Shown: piece by piece, positions 1 through 8,298 of the stretch
Layout: the number at the start of each line of letters is the position of its first letter
Numbering within the stretch: the stretch's first letter is position 1
NCBI GenBank assembly: GCA_964548195.1
Contig: CAZJQC010000032.1
Location: 1 to 13,665 of the forward strand
DNA from: an uncultured bacterium
GTDB taxonomy: Bacteria; Macinerneyibacteriota; Macinerneyibacteria; Macinerneyibacteriales; DSCS01
Length of the DNA: 13,665 bases
Reading direction: 5' to 3'
Notes under the pieces: generated by a model
Told to the model about the DNA's origin: nothing
Databases searched by the model: none
The model's input: only the letters and a program-made list of their open reading frames with translations
Program-made: the position numbers and the translations under genes

Positions 1-20
1 CCGTTTTTAACTTTACTCAC
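1..20 (-). CDS. Possible 5' end of a divergent gene running off the window (GTG start, MSKVKNG...)
   Basis: Minus-strand GTG at 20-18, open to the window edge, 6 nt downstream of a TACAAT -10 box. Only about 6 codons are visible. Confidence 0.3.
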
Positions 21-26
21 GTTAGA

Positions 27-54
27 ATTGTATCATACGGGATTCGATTATCAA
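27..54 (-). promoter_or_regulatory. Sigma70-like promoter with extended -10 (TTGATA-N16-TACAAT, TGn)
   Basis: Minus strand reads TTGATA (54-49), a 16-nt spacer ending in TGa, then TACAAT (32-27). Confidence 0.6.
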
Positions 55-137
55 GGTCATAATGGGCCGGCAATTTTTACACAGGCTTTTCATATCCCTT
101 CTTATGAGAACATTTTCTCTAAAAAAAGGCGGCAGTA

Positions 138-165
138 TTGAAAAATCAGCTAAGAGGTTTATATT
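138..165 (+). promoter_or_regulatory. Sigma70-like promoter for the secreted-protein gene (TTGAAA-N16-TATATT)
   Basis: TTGAAA 138-143 and TATATT 160-165, upstream of the SD AGGAGGAGG (196-204). Confidence 0.55.
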
Positions 166-207
166 AGTTAGATAATGAATGGAATTCGTCAAAAAAGGAG
201 GAGGCTG

Positions 208-1623
208 ATGCACAAGAGATCTTTCACTGTTGCGTTACTGGTATTGTCAGTATGCGTATCTGTCTATGGGGGGGGGATGTTGTCGGTTACGCCCGCCGAG
301 AAGCGTATGGATATCGGATGTGAATATCGGTTCGAGACTGATAGTACGGGCCCTTTTAAATGGGCATCTTCTGACACGGCCGTCGCCACGGTCGATACGA
401 ACGGGAAAGTCACCGCCATAGGCGCCGGCAAAGCCATAATCACAGCAAAAGCAGGTGATGGTTATGAGGGAAAAGCAAGTATATACGTATGCGGGAAGGG
501 CACGATCACAGACCTCGTGTTTCCCTCGAACATAAAATCTTCGTATCGCAACAAAGGCGCGCGTATGGCCGTTGACGGGAGCGGAACCCTTTATCTTGCC
601 AGGAATACGTATGACGAGAAACTTGCAGAAGATTCAAAGGCGAAGACGGAACTCTGGCGGTATGACGGAATGTGGTCGACGCCTGCCATAAATCCGATAG
701 GAGTCACCGATGATGAAGCTTCAGCTCCGGCGGTGGCTGCCGGACCCGACGGCAAGGTATACATTTTATATCACTATTATGGTCAGGACGACGACCTGTA
801 TGATAAGAATGTGGTTGTTGAATGCGGAACGGGAAAGAATATACTGGGAAGGGGAAAGGGCCGGACCATGATGGTGGAGTCCGAGGGAATACATGGTTCA
901 ACCGCATTGGCATTGGGCGACAGCCTCTATGTGGCCACCGTAAAATCCGGAAACGGATACGTGCACAGATATGACCGGAAGTCCGGTTCATGGAAGCTGT
1001 TGGGAAACGGGATGATCGACACTGAAGACTTTTGGGCGGGCGGTATAGACCTGTTCTTACACGGGGGTGTGCCCTACGCCAGCCTGAGGACAAGCAGCGG
1101 TCGGGGAGAGATGTCAGTCTATTACTTTGATGAGGGCTCGTCACGATGGAATCTTGTCGGCGGCAGGCCGGCCACTGCTCCGGATCAGAATGCCCGTTTT
1201 CAGGACGAGAGCGTAGGCGAAGCCGCATTGGCAATAATACCCTCCGGCAAAGTATTTACCGCTTACAAATGTTATGAACAGGGGGAATCCATGATCAAGG
1301 TGAGGGTCGGCGTAGACAAAAACAGTGATTGGAAAACAGTCTACAGCGCCCCTGACAGGACCGATGCCCAGCAGATTGGGCTTGTTGCGACCAACACAAA
1401 TGTCTATCTGATAATCGCCGGATATGACAAGGGTATGGATATATACAAATTGAACAGCTGCGGCAAATGGGTATATGAAGGCAGGACGCCGAAACCGGAC
1501 ACATATTATACATTTAGCGCCGTCGCGGGCATAAATGGTGAGTTCTACCTGACCTATGACTGCTCCGATATGAAAGAACGACAGACCGGTGTCATGAAAT
1601 ACAGTCCATATCAGTTCAAATAG
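208..1623 (+). CDS. Secreted/surface protein: signal peptide, bacterial Ig-like (Big_2) domain, probable ~7-bladed beta-propeller
   Basis: ATG 208 follows a strong SD, so it is preferred over 175. Signal peptide MHKRSFTVALLVLSVCVSVYG. Big_2-type motif WASSDTAVATVDTNGKVTAIGAGKAIITA. Seven recurring blade-like motifs: DGSGTLYLA, GPDGKVYILY, GDSLYVA, GGVPYASL, SGKVFTAY, NTNVYLII, NGEFYLTY. Confidence 0.8.
   Translation: MHKRSFTVALLVLSVCVSVYGGGMLSVTPAEKRMDIGCEYRFETDSTGPFKWASSDTAVATVDTNGKVTAIGAGKAIITAKAGDGYEGKASIYVCGKGTITDLVFPSNIKSSYRNKGARMAVDGSGTLYLARNTYDEKLAEDSKAKTELWRYDGMWSTPAINPIGVTDDEASAPAVAAGPDGKVYILYHYYGQDDDLYDKNVVVECGTGKNILGRGKGRTMMVESEGIHGSTALALGDSLYVATVKSGNGYVHRYDRKSGSWKLLGNGMIDTEDFWAGGIDLFLHGGVPYASLRTSSGRGEMSVYYFDEGSSRWNLVGGRPATAPDQNARFQDESVGEAALAIIPSGKVFTAYKCYEQGESMIKVRVGVDKNSDWKTVYSAPDRTDAQQIGLVATNTNVYLIIAGYDKGMDIYKLNSCGKWVYEGRTPKPDTYYTFSAVAGINGEFYLTYDCSDMKERQTGVMKYSPYQFK
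268..276 (+). repeat. G9 homopolymer tract in the CDS, near the signal-peptide cleavage region
   Basis: tat GGG GGG GGG atg, encoding YGGGM; currently in frame. Confidence 0.9.
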
Positions 1624-1640
1624 CATTTTTCTCAGCTTCA

Positions 1641-1670
1641 CGGGGGAAGGGCCATGCTTGCCTTTCCCCG
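1641..1670 (+). terminator. GC-rich stem-loop after the stop codon (possible terminator or stability hairpin; no U-tract)
   Basis: CGGGGGAAGG (1641-1650) pairs with CCTTTCCCCG (1661-1670): 10 bp with one G-U and a 10-nt loop. Confidence 0.4.
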
Positions 1671-1787
1671 GCAGCACGGAAACATCCTCTTTCATCGGGT
1701 CATACGGATCCGCGGCTGATAAAAAAGAAGGCGCGGCGGCCCGGTAAACGCTGAAAGGCGCGGCCATGCCTTTGTCTTGGTATTTCA

Positions 1788-1815
1788 TTGACTTTTAAGG
1801 TTAATATATTATCAT
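1788..1815 (+). promoter_or_regulatory. Sigma70-like promoter of the nfn-symporter-CoA transferase-kor operon (TTGACT-N16-TATCAT)
   Basis: TTGACT 1788-1793 and TATCAT 1810-1815. ATG 1823 follows the -10 box after 7 intervening nt, with no SD. Confidence 0.65.
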
Positions 1816-1822
1816 GTTTTTT

Positions 1823-2662
1823 ATGAGAAACACTATACTTTCAAAAGAGATATTATGCGTCGACGTCTGCTCTTTCTGGGTGTATCACCCCGAAATAGCT
1901 TCACATTACGAACCCGGACAGTTTGTCATGGTGAGGCTTGACGACAAAGGCGAGCGCATACCGCTTACCATAGTGGACACGGATCCCGAAAAGGGGACGT
2001 TCCGGCTTGTCGTCCAGGATGTCGGGTATACTTCAAACCGTATGTGCGCTTTAAAGACGGGAGATGTCATCCCGGACATACTGGGCCCGCTGGGACAAGG
2101 CGTCAAGGCCCCGGAGGGCACACGGCGCGCGCTATTTGTCGGAGGCGGCCTCGGCGCGGCCCCGTTGTATCCCAAGATAAAGGATCTCGCAGGCCCGGAC
2201 ATCTTCCGGTCCGTGATATTGGGCGCCAGGGACGCCGAACATCTGATACTGGCGGACGAGATAGAAAAACTCAGCGATGAGCTGATACTCTGCACGGATG
2301 ACGGCTCCGAAGGGCGCAAAGGCTTTGTCACCGACGCCGTACGCGACAAACTGGAAAAAGGCGAAAAATTCGATATATGTGTGGCCATAGGCCCGCTGGT
2401 CATGATGAAAGCCGTCACCGAACTGAACCTGGAATACGGACTTAAGACGCTCGTCAGCCTCAATCCTATCATGGTGGACGGCACCGGCATGTGCGGGGGA
2501 TGCAGATTCGAGTACGACGGCCAGACAAAGTTTGCCTGCGTTCACGGCCCCGTGTTCGAGGGCGGGAAAGTCAATTTCAGGGACCTGCTCATAAGGAACG
2601 GACAATATGCCGAAGCCGAAGCCGCGGCGTCCGGGAGGAGAACCGACAAAACGGAGGAATGA
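1823..2662 (+). CDS. nfnA: NfnA/SudB-like FAD/NAD-binding [2Fe-2S] subunit of NADH-dependent ferredoxin:NADP+ oxidoreductase
   Basis: Motifs PGQFVMVR..GERIPLTI, GPLG, GGGLG, TDDGS, IGP and MVDGTGMCGGCR...FAC (Asp + 3 Cys cluster ligands). Adjacent to a GltD-like gene. Start is 1823 or 1814. Confidence 0.92.
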   Translation: MRNTILSKEILCVDVCSFWVYHPEIASHYEPGQFVMVRLDDKGERIPLTIVDTDPEKGTFRLVVQDVGYTSNRMCALKTGDVIPDILGPLGQGVKAPEGTRRALFVGGGLGAAPLYPKIKDLAGPDIFRSVILGARDAEHLILADEIEKLSDELILCTDDGSEGRKGFVTDAVRDKLEKGEKFDICVAIGPLVMMKAVTELNLEYGLKTLVSLNPIMVDGTGMCGGCRFEYDGQTKFACVHGPVFEGGKVNFRDLLIRNGQYAEAEAAASGRRTDKTEE

Positions 2663-4005
2663 TGCGTGTCATTGCGGCCATGAGGGATCCCGCCGAACGG
2701 ATAAGGGATTTTAAGGAAGTCAATCTGGGTCTTACAGAGGAACAGGCGGTCGCCGAAGCATCAAGATGCATGTATTGCGGTGCCTGTGTCAAAGGCTGCC
2801 CGGTGGGCATAGACATACCCGGATTCATGAAGGCCGTCAGCGAAAGGCGTTTCGGCGACGGCATCGACATCATAAAGGAATACAATGTGCTGCCCGCGGT
2901 CTGCGGCAGGGTGTGCCCCCAGGAAAACCAGTGTGAAAAACTCTGCATACTTGCCCAAAAGGGCGGGGCGGTAAGCATAGGGGCCGTTGAAAGATATCTT
3001 GCCGATAACCATGACAGACGCGAGGCTCCCGTGATAAAAGAAAATGGGAAAAGCGCCGGCGTGGTGGGTTCGGGCCCCGCGGGGCTGACCGCCGCATTCG
3101 AATTGCGCAGGGCCGGTTTCGACGTCACCGTGTATGAAGCTCTTCATGCGGCGGGAGGCGTGCTGAGATACGGGATACCCGAATTCAGGCTTCCGGACGA
3201 CACCGTCTCCGCGGAGGCGGGTTTTCTTGAAAAGATGGGCGTCAGGTTCCGGCTCAACTTTCTTGTCGGAAAGACACTCTACATAGATGAACTGCTTGAG
3301 ACACATGACGGGATCATACTCTCGACTGGCGCCGGACTGCCGGGCAGGCTGGGAATACCCGGCGAGAACCTGGTCGGGGTGATGCTCGCCAATGAGTTTT
3401 TGACGCGCATGAACCTTATGAAAGCCTACAGGTTCCCCGAATACGACACGCCCGTGCTCAGAGGCGAGAACGTCGTCGTCATAGGGGGCGGCAATGTCGC
3501 CATGGATTCGGCGAGGATAGCAAGACGCCTCGGCGCGGAAGTGTCCATAGTATACAGAAGGACAGAGGCAGACATGCCGGCAAGGCTTGAGGAAAAGGAA
3601 CACGCCAAAGAGGAGGGCATAGCCTTTTGTACACTCTCGGCTCCCGAAGCCATACTGGGGGACGAACGGGGCAGGGTGCGCGCCATCACCGTCGAGACGA
3701 TGGAGACGCTCGGCGCTGGAGAAGACGGACGAAACAGGATCCGCGGCACGGGTGAGAAATCCACGCTGCCGTGCGACACCGTGATCGAGGCGATAGGGCA
3801 AAGCCCGAACGTGATCATATCGGAAAACGTCAAAGGTCTTGCATTTGATAAAAAAGGCAGGGTGGTCGTCGACAAGGATATGAAGACGTCCATGGACAGG
3901 GTATGGGCAGCCGGAGACCTTGTCAGCGGTGCGGCAACGGTCATTTTGGCCATGGGCGACGCCAAGAAGGCCGCTGCGTCCATGATAAAAAAACTGGGAG
4001 GATAA
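2662..4005 (+). CDS. nfnB: NfnB/SudA-like large subunit (glutamate synthase small-chain-like flavoprotein, 2x[4Fe-4S])
   Basis: EASRCMYCGACVKGCP, CGRVCPQENQCEKLC, VVGSGPAGL, YGIPEFRLP, GGGNVAMDSAR, YRR, AAGD..SGAATVILAMG. SD GGAGG at 2653-2657. ATGATG (2659/2662) overlaps the nfnA stop; the ORF-track start at 2491 is too long. Confidence 0.92.
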   Translation: MRVIAAMRDPAERIRDFKEVNLGLTEEQAVAEASRCMYCGACVKGCPVGIDIPGFMKAVSERRFGDGIDIIKEYNVLPAVCGRVCPQENQCEKLCILAQKGGAVSIGAVERYLADNHDRREAPVIKENGKSAGVVGSGPAGLTAAFELRRAGFDVTVYEALHAAGGVLRYGIPEFRLPDDTVSAEAGFLEKMGVRFRLNFLVGKTLYIDELLETHDGIILSTGAGLPGRLGIPGENLVGVMLANEFLTRMNLMKAYRFPEYDTPVLRGENVVVIGGGNVAMDSARIARRLGAEVSIVYRRTEADMPARLEEKEHAKEEGIAFCTLSAPEAILGDERGRVRAITVETMETLGAGEDGRNRIRGTGEKSTLPCDTVIEAIGQSPNVIISENVKGLAFDKKGRVVVDKDMKTSMDRVWAAGDLVSGAATVILAMGDAKKAAASMIKKLGG

Positions 4006-4008
4006 GCG

Positions 4009-5592
4009 ATGCATTTGGTACAGTTTTTTGTGATCGTGGCATATTTTCTCCTGCTTGTGACAGTCGGGTATCTTACGAAGAAGTTCTCAAAATCATCATC
4101 AGACTTTCTTATAGCAGGCAGAAATATGGGGCTTGCCCTCGTCACGGTATCTGTGGTGGGGCAGTGGCTGGGCGGAATGAGCACTATCGGGACGGCGGAG
4201 AAGGCCTATCAGTCCGGTTTTTTCCCTCTCTGGTATAATGTTTCAACGGCCACGGGCATGTTCCTCTTCGGGCTTACCCTTGCCGCGGTTTACCGCAGGA
4301 ACCAGGTGCATACCGTGGGCGAGATGATAGAGAAGATGTTTAACAAAAACGTGAGGGTCATTTCATCCCTGGCTTTTCTCATCGCATTTGTGATCCTGTC
4401 GTATCTGCAGCTTCAGGCCATAGGCAGCCTGTTTTCACAGCTGTTCGGCGGCATACTTGGAAACGTCGGAGCTGCTCTCACCTCTTTCTTCGGGGGCGGA
4501 GCCGCTTTGTTCACGCCATATAATATAGCGATCATCGCCTCGGGCCTGTTTGTAATAGCCTATGTCTATGAAGGCGGCATGAAATCGATCGCGCTCACAA
4601 ACATGATGCATATCATACTCCTTTTTACCACTATCATCACAGTCTACGTCCTGGTGCTGGTCAAAGTGGGCGGATACGGGAACCTGTTTGAGACATTGAA
4701 GAACGTGACGGAAGCGCAACAGCTTGTCTCCGGAGCCGACCCGGCATCCGCGGCGGCTGCAGGTGCGGACCTGGCGCGGTCATTCAAAAATCCCTTCTCA
4801 CTGGGTGTCGGGAAGGTGATCGCCTGGCTGCTCGGCGGCATACTGGCCGGATTCGCATCCCAGGCTTCCATACAGCCGGTGTTCGCTGCAAAGGATATTA
4901 AGACGGCAAAGAGAGGCGCCATACTCAGCGCATTCCTTATAGCACCGCTGGGCATATTTGTCACAACCATGGGCATCGCGGTGCGTGCCGGTTTTTTCGG
5001 GGCTCTGCCTTCCGGAAACGCAAAGGAGACATTGCCGTTTCTCCTTATGAATAGCGACCTCATGCCGGAATGGCTCAGCGGACTCGCATCCGCAGGAATA
5101 CTCGCCGCGATATTGTCCACGGTCGCGCCGGTGATGTTCGCGGTCAGCACCATAGTCGTAAAAGATTTTTATCACAATGTGATCAATCCGAACGCCGAGG
5201 ATGCCAAACTGCTTAAGATCTCAAAAAGGATGACAATAATCGTCGGTTTGTCGGTGATACCGATGGCAATATTCATAAAAGGCGGCATACTGGAGATGGC
5301 TTATCTCACTTACGGCATCAGGGGAGCCGCCGCAATAGTGGTGCTGCTCGGCATATACCTGATCAATAAAAAGAACGGTAAGCCCATTATCACATGCGCG
5401 GCAGCAAACGCAGCCTTTATCTCCTCTACGGTGGGCATCATACTTTATGTGCTGTTCAAGACACAGATAACCGCCGTGCTCGGATTCGGCGTGGATAAGG
5501 TCTATGTGGCATTGTTTTTCAGCCTTGTATCCGCCTTGCTGGTGACGCTGTTCACAAGAAAGAAGGGAACGGATGATGTTACAATCGCTTGA
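4009..5592 (+). CDS. Sodium:solute symporter (SSS/SLC5 family)
   Basis: Polytopic membrane protein with SDFLIAGRNMG, GGMSTIGTAE, YVYEGGMKSIALTN, AAKDIKTAKRG, GILAAILST and KDFY. SD GGAGG upstream. Confidence 0.92.
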   Translation: MHLVQFFVIVAYFLLLVTVGYLTKKFSKSSSDFLIAGRNMGLALVTVSVVGQWLGGMSTIGTAEKAYQSGFFPLWYNVSTATGMFLFGLTLAAVYRRNQVHTVGEMIEKMFNKNVRVISSLAFLIAFVILSYLQLQAIGSLFSQLFGGILGNVGAALTSFFGGGAALFTPYNIAIIASGLFVIAYVYEGGMKSIALTNMMHIILLFTTIITVYVLVLVKVGGYGNLFETLKNVTEAQQLVSGADPASAAAAGADLARSFKNPFSLGVGKVIAWLLGGILAGFASQASIQPVFAAKDIKTAKRGAILSAFLIAPLGIFVTTMGIAVRAGFFGALPSGNAKETLPFLLMNSDLMPEWLSGLASAGILAAILSTVAPVMFAVSTIVVKDFYHNVINPNAEDAKLLKISKRMTIIVGLSVIPMAIFIKGGILEMAYLTYGIRGAAAIVVLLGIYLINKKNGKPIITCAAANAAFISSTVGIILYVLFKTQITAVLGFGVDKVYVALFFSLVSALLVTLFTRKKGTDDVTIA

Positions 5593-6757
5593 AGGGCTTA
5601 AAGTACTGGATTTGTCGCGCGTGCTGGCGGGGCCGTTTGCCGGACAGGTGCTGGGAGACCTCGGCGCGGAAGTGATCAAGGTGGAAAGGCCCGGCTGCGG
5701 AGACGACACCAGGGCGTGGGGCCCTCCCTTTACCGGCGGGGAATCCGCCTATTATCTCTGCGCGAACAGAAACAAAAAAAGCATCACCCTTGATATAGAC
5801 AAGGGCAGGGATGTGCTGGAAAAACTTATAAAATGGGCTGACGTCGTGCTGCTGAATTTCAAGATATCCACATTGGAAAAACAGGGGCTCACGTTTGAAG
5901 ACATGAAGCGTATCAATCCGCGCATAGTCTACGGCCTTATTTCGGGATTCGGCACCACCGGCCCGTATTCAAGAAGAGCCGGATACGATGTCCTGGCGCA
6001 GGCCATGGGCGGCGTCATGAGCATCACCGGCGAGCCGGAGGGCGAACCCATGAAAGTGGGGGTCGCCATAGTGGACATCACTTCGGCCCTGTACCTCTCA
6101 ATAGGTATACTTGCGGCTCTCCGCCACCGGGACGAGACCGGCGAGGGGCAGATGGTGGACGTGTCTCTGCTTGACAGCCAGGTCTCCTGGCTTGTCAATG
6201 TGGCCTCCAATTATCTGGTCTCCGGCAAAAGGCCCGGCAGATACGGCAACGCGCATGCGAATATCGTGCCGTATCAGGTGTTCAAGGTGAGCGACGGATA
6301 TATTATCGTGGGTGTCGGCAACGACAAACAGTTCGCCGGATTTTCACGGCTGCTCGGCCATCCCGAATGGAAAGACGACCCCCGCTTTTCGACCAATAAG
6401 GAACGGGTCAACAACAGGGAGACGCTGATACCCCTGATCGAGGAGATACTCGAGGGAAAAGAGGGCGCCTTCTGGCTGAAAGGCATGGAGGATGAAGGCA
6501 TACCCGGCAGCCCCATAAACACCATAGACAAAGTATTTGAGGACCCGCAGGTGCTTCACAGGGAGATGGTGGTCAAGATGGCCCATCCGACCGCGGAAGA
6601 GGTGAGACTTGTCGGCAGCCCCATCAAGATGTCCGGCACGCCCGTCTCTTTCAGACAGCCGCCGCCGCTGCTCGGGGAACACACCGACGAGATACTCGGC
6701 GGACTGGGGCTGGATGCCGCCGCGATCAGTGAACTGCGGGATAAGGGCGTTATCTGA
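5573..6757 (+). CDS. Family III CoA-transferase (CaiB/BaiF; resembles the SUGCT/formyl-CoA transferase-like group)
   Basis: DLSRVLAGP, LGDLGAEVIKVERPG.GDDTR.WGPP, NRNKKSITLD, GYD..AQAMGG, catalytic Asp region GVAIVD, and PPLLGEHT. Start is 5573 or 5576, overlapping the symporter end. Confidence 0.95.
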   Translation: MMLQSLEGLKVLDLSRVLAGPFAGQVLGDLGAEVIKVERPGCGDDTRAWGPPFTGGESAYYLCANRNKKSITLDIDKGRDVLEKLIKWADVVLLNFKISTLEKQGLTFEDMKRINPRIVYGLISGFGTTGPYSRRAGYDVLAQAMGGVMSITGEPEGEPMKVGVAIVDITSALYLSIGILAALRHRDETGEGQMVDVSLLDSQVSWLVNVASNYLVSGKRPGRYGNAHANIVPYQVFKVSDGYIIVGVGNDKQFAGFSRLLGHPEWKDDPRFSTNKERVNNRETLIPLIEEILEGKEGAFWLKGMEDEGIPGSPINTIDKVFEDPQVLHREMVVKMAHPTAEEVRLVGSPIKMSGTPVSFRQPPPLLGEHTDEILGGLGLDAAAISELRDKGVI

Positions 6758-6775
6758 ACAATAAGGAGGAATGAC

Positions 6776-6985
6776 ATGTCATATAAAGTCACCATAAGGG
6801 AGAACTGGTGCAAAGGCTGCTATATATGTATGAGTCTCTGCCCGAAAAACGTGTTTGAAAAAGCGGGGAAGATCGACAGCAGAGGCATCATGACAGCCAC
6901 GGCCGCCAGGCCCGAAGATTGCGTGGGCTGCGGCATGTGCGCCTCTCATTGTCCGGATCTGGCCATAACAGTCGAGGAAGACTGA
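6776..6985 (+). CDS. korD: 2x[4Fe-4S] ferredoxin-like delta subunit of 2-oxoacid:ferredoxin oxidoreductase
   Basis: CKGCYICMSLCP and CVGCGMCASHCPDLAI; SD AAGGAGGA; directly upstream of the alpha subunit. Confidence 0.9.
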   Translation: MSYKVTIRENWCKGCYICMSLCPKNVFEKAGKIDSRGIMTATAARPEDCVGCGMCASHCPDLAITVEED

Positions 6986-7000
6986 ACCGCTCCGGCGGTT
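6985..7000 (+). other. Short intra-operon hairpin between delta and alpha
   Basis: AACCGC-TCCG-GCGGTT, a perfect 6-bp stem. Confidence 0.45.
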
Positions 7001-7019
7001 TGATAGAAGGGAGCGTAAG

Positions 7020-8156
7020 ATGCCCGAAAAAAAGAATAAATGCCATCTAAAACCCGGAAAATATTTTATGCAGGGCGATGAGGCCTGCGCCGAAGGGGCG
7101 GTCGCGGCAGGATGCGGTTTTTTCGCCGGTTATCCTATAACGCCCGCAAGCGAGATCATGGAGACAATAGTCGCGAGATTCGCGGAACAGGACAGGGTCT
7201 TCATGCAGATGGAAGACGAGATAGCGTCGATGGCCGCGGTAATAGGCGCGTCCTGGACCGGCGCGAAGAGCATGACGGCGACATCCGGCCCCGGCATGTC
7301 CCTGAAGATGGAAAACCTCGGCTACGGCATCATGACCGAGACACCCTGTGTCGTGGTCGATGTGCAGCGCGTGGGCCCGTCCACAGGACAGGCGACAAGG
7401 ACGGCTCAGGGCGACCTCATGCAGGCGCGCTGGGGCGTGCACGGCGAACACTCCATCATCGCATTGTCACCATGGAGCGTGGAAGAGACTTTTTACGAGA
7501 CGGTAAGGGCCTTCAATCTTGCGGAAAAGTTCCGCACACCCGTGATCATACTGCTTGAAGAGGCTACCGGCCATCTTCGCGAAGTGGTCGACGTCAGGGA
7601 ATACGTGGATGTGTTCGACAGGGTGAGCGAAGGCGACGGCTCGCCGTTCGGCGGCGCGGAGCCGCTTGACGCGGTGCCGCCCATGCCCGCTTTCGGAGAA
7701 GGCAAAAGACTGCTTGTCACCGGGTCCACCCATACGCCGGACGGATACAGAAAGACACAGGACAGACACACACAGGAAAAACTGCTGGACCATCTGCGTC
7801 TGAAAATAGACGCGCATCTTGATGAGATCGTCGAATGCGACGAATATCACACCGAAGACATGGACACATTGGTGATATCGTTCGGGTTCGCAGCCAGAGC
7901 GGCCCTCAAAGCCGTCAATGACGCGCGAAAGGACGGGGTCAAGGCCGGATTGCTGCGACTGAAGACAGTATGGCCCATGCCCGCGGAAAGAATACGCGAA
8001 CTCGGCGCCCGCGCTAAAAAAGTGGTCGTGCCTGAGATGAACTTCGGCCAGCTGCGCGGCGAAGTGGAACGGTATATACACGGAAAAGACATCGTCGGGG
8101 TGAACAGAGCCGACGGCGAAGTCATAGATCCCGCCGATATACGCGCGGAACTGTAG
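7020..8156 (+). CDS. korA: 2-oxoacid:ferredoxin oxidoreductase alpha subunit (KorA-like)
   Basis: GDEACAEGA, FAGYPITPASEI, QMEDEIAS, TATSGPG, QRVGPSTG, QARWG.HG and VPEMNFGQ. Confidence 0.93.
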   Translation: MPEKKNKCHLKPGKYFMQGDEACAEGAVAAGCGFFAGYPITPASEIMETIVARFAEQDRVFMQMEDEIASMAAVIGASWTGAKSMTATSGPGMSLKMENLGYGIMTETPCVVVDVQRVGPSTGQATRTAQGDLMQARWGVHGEHSIIALSPWSVEETFYETVRAFNLAEKFRTPVIILLEEATGHLREVVDVREYVDVFDRVSEGDGSPFGGAEPLDAVPPMPAFGEGKRLLVTGSTHTPDGYRKTQDRHTQEKLLDHLRLKIDAHLDEIVECDEYHTEDMDTLVISFGFAARAALKAVNDARKDGVKAGLLRLKTVWPMPAERIRELGARAKKVVVPEMNFGQLRGEVERYIHGKDIVGVNRADGEVIDPADIRAEL

Positions 8157-8169
8157 GGAAGCGCATATT

Positions 8170-8298
8170 ATGGATAATAAAAAAACCAAAAAAGACGATA
8201 CGGAATATATAGTGAGAGACAACGGCGACCGCTGCTGCACGTGGCTGTTCGACCTGTTTAAACGGGACGATAAAAAGAAGGAGGGCGACGATGAATAA
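8170..8298 (+). CDS. Hypothetical 42-aa small protein (MDNKKTKKDDTEYIVRDNGDRCCTWLFDLFKRDDKKKEGDDE)
   Basis: Translated by hand; below the ORF-track cutoff. Fills the alpha-beta gap, has purine-rich AGGGAAG upstream, and its stop overlaps the beta start (ATGAATAA). Confidence 0.6.
   Translation: MDNKKTKKDDTEYIVRDNGDRCCTWLFDLFKRDDKKKEGDDE

Noticed and set aside
1624..1787. Riboswitch upstream of nfnA; short repeat AAGGCGCGGC at ~1728 and ~1756
   Set aside because: No recognisable aptamer consensus; the region is upstream of the predicted promoter; two 10-nt GC-rich copies may be chance.
2491..2658. N-terminal extension of NfnB in the ORF track
   Set aside because: Overlaps the conserved nfnA cluster-binding region; the SD and coupled ATG are at 2653-2664.
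2662..4005. Annotation as true glutamate synthase small subunit
   Set aside because: No gltB nearby; pairing with an NfnA-like gene indicates Nfn/Sud.
2761..4014. Long antisense ORFs (e.g. 2761-4014, 3426-4184, 7467-8240, 1141-1788, 11959-12534)
   Set aside because: Shadows of well-supported + strand genes in moderately GC-rich DNA; no recognisable motifs.
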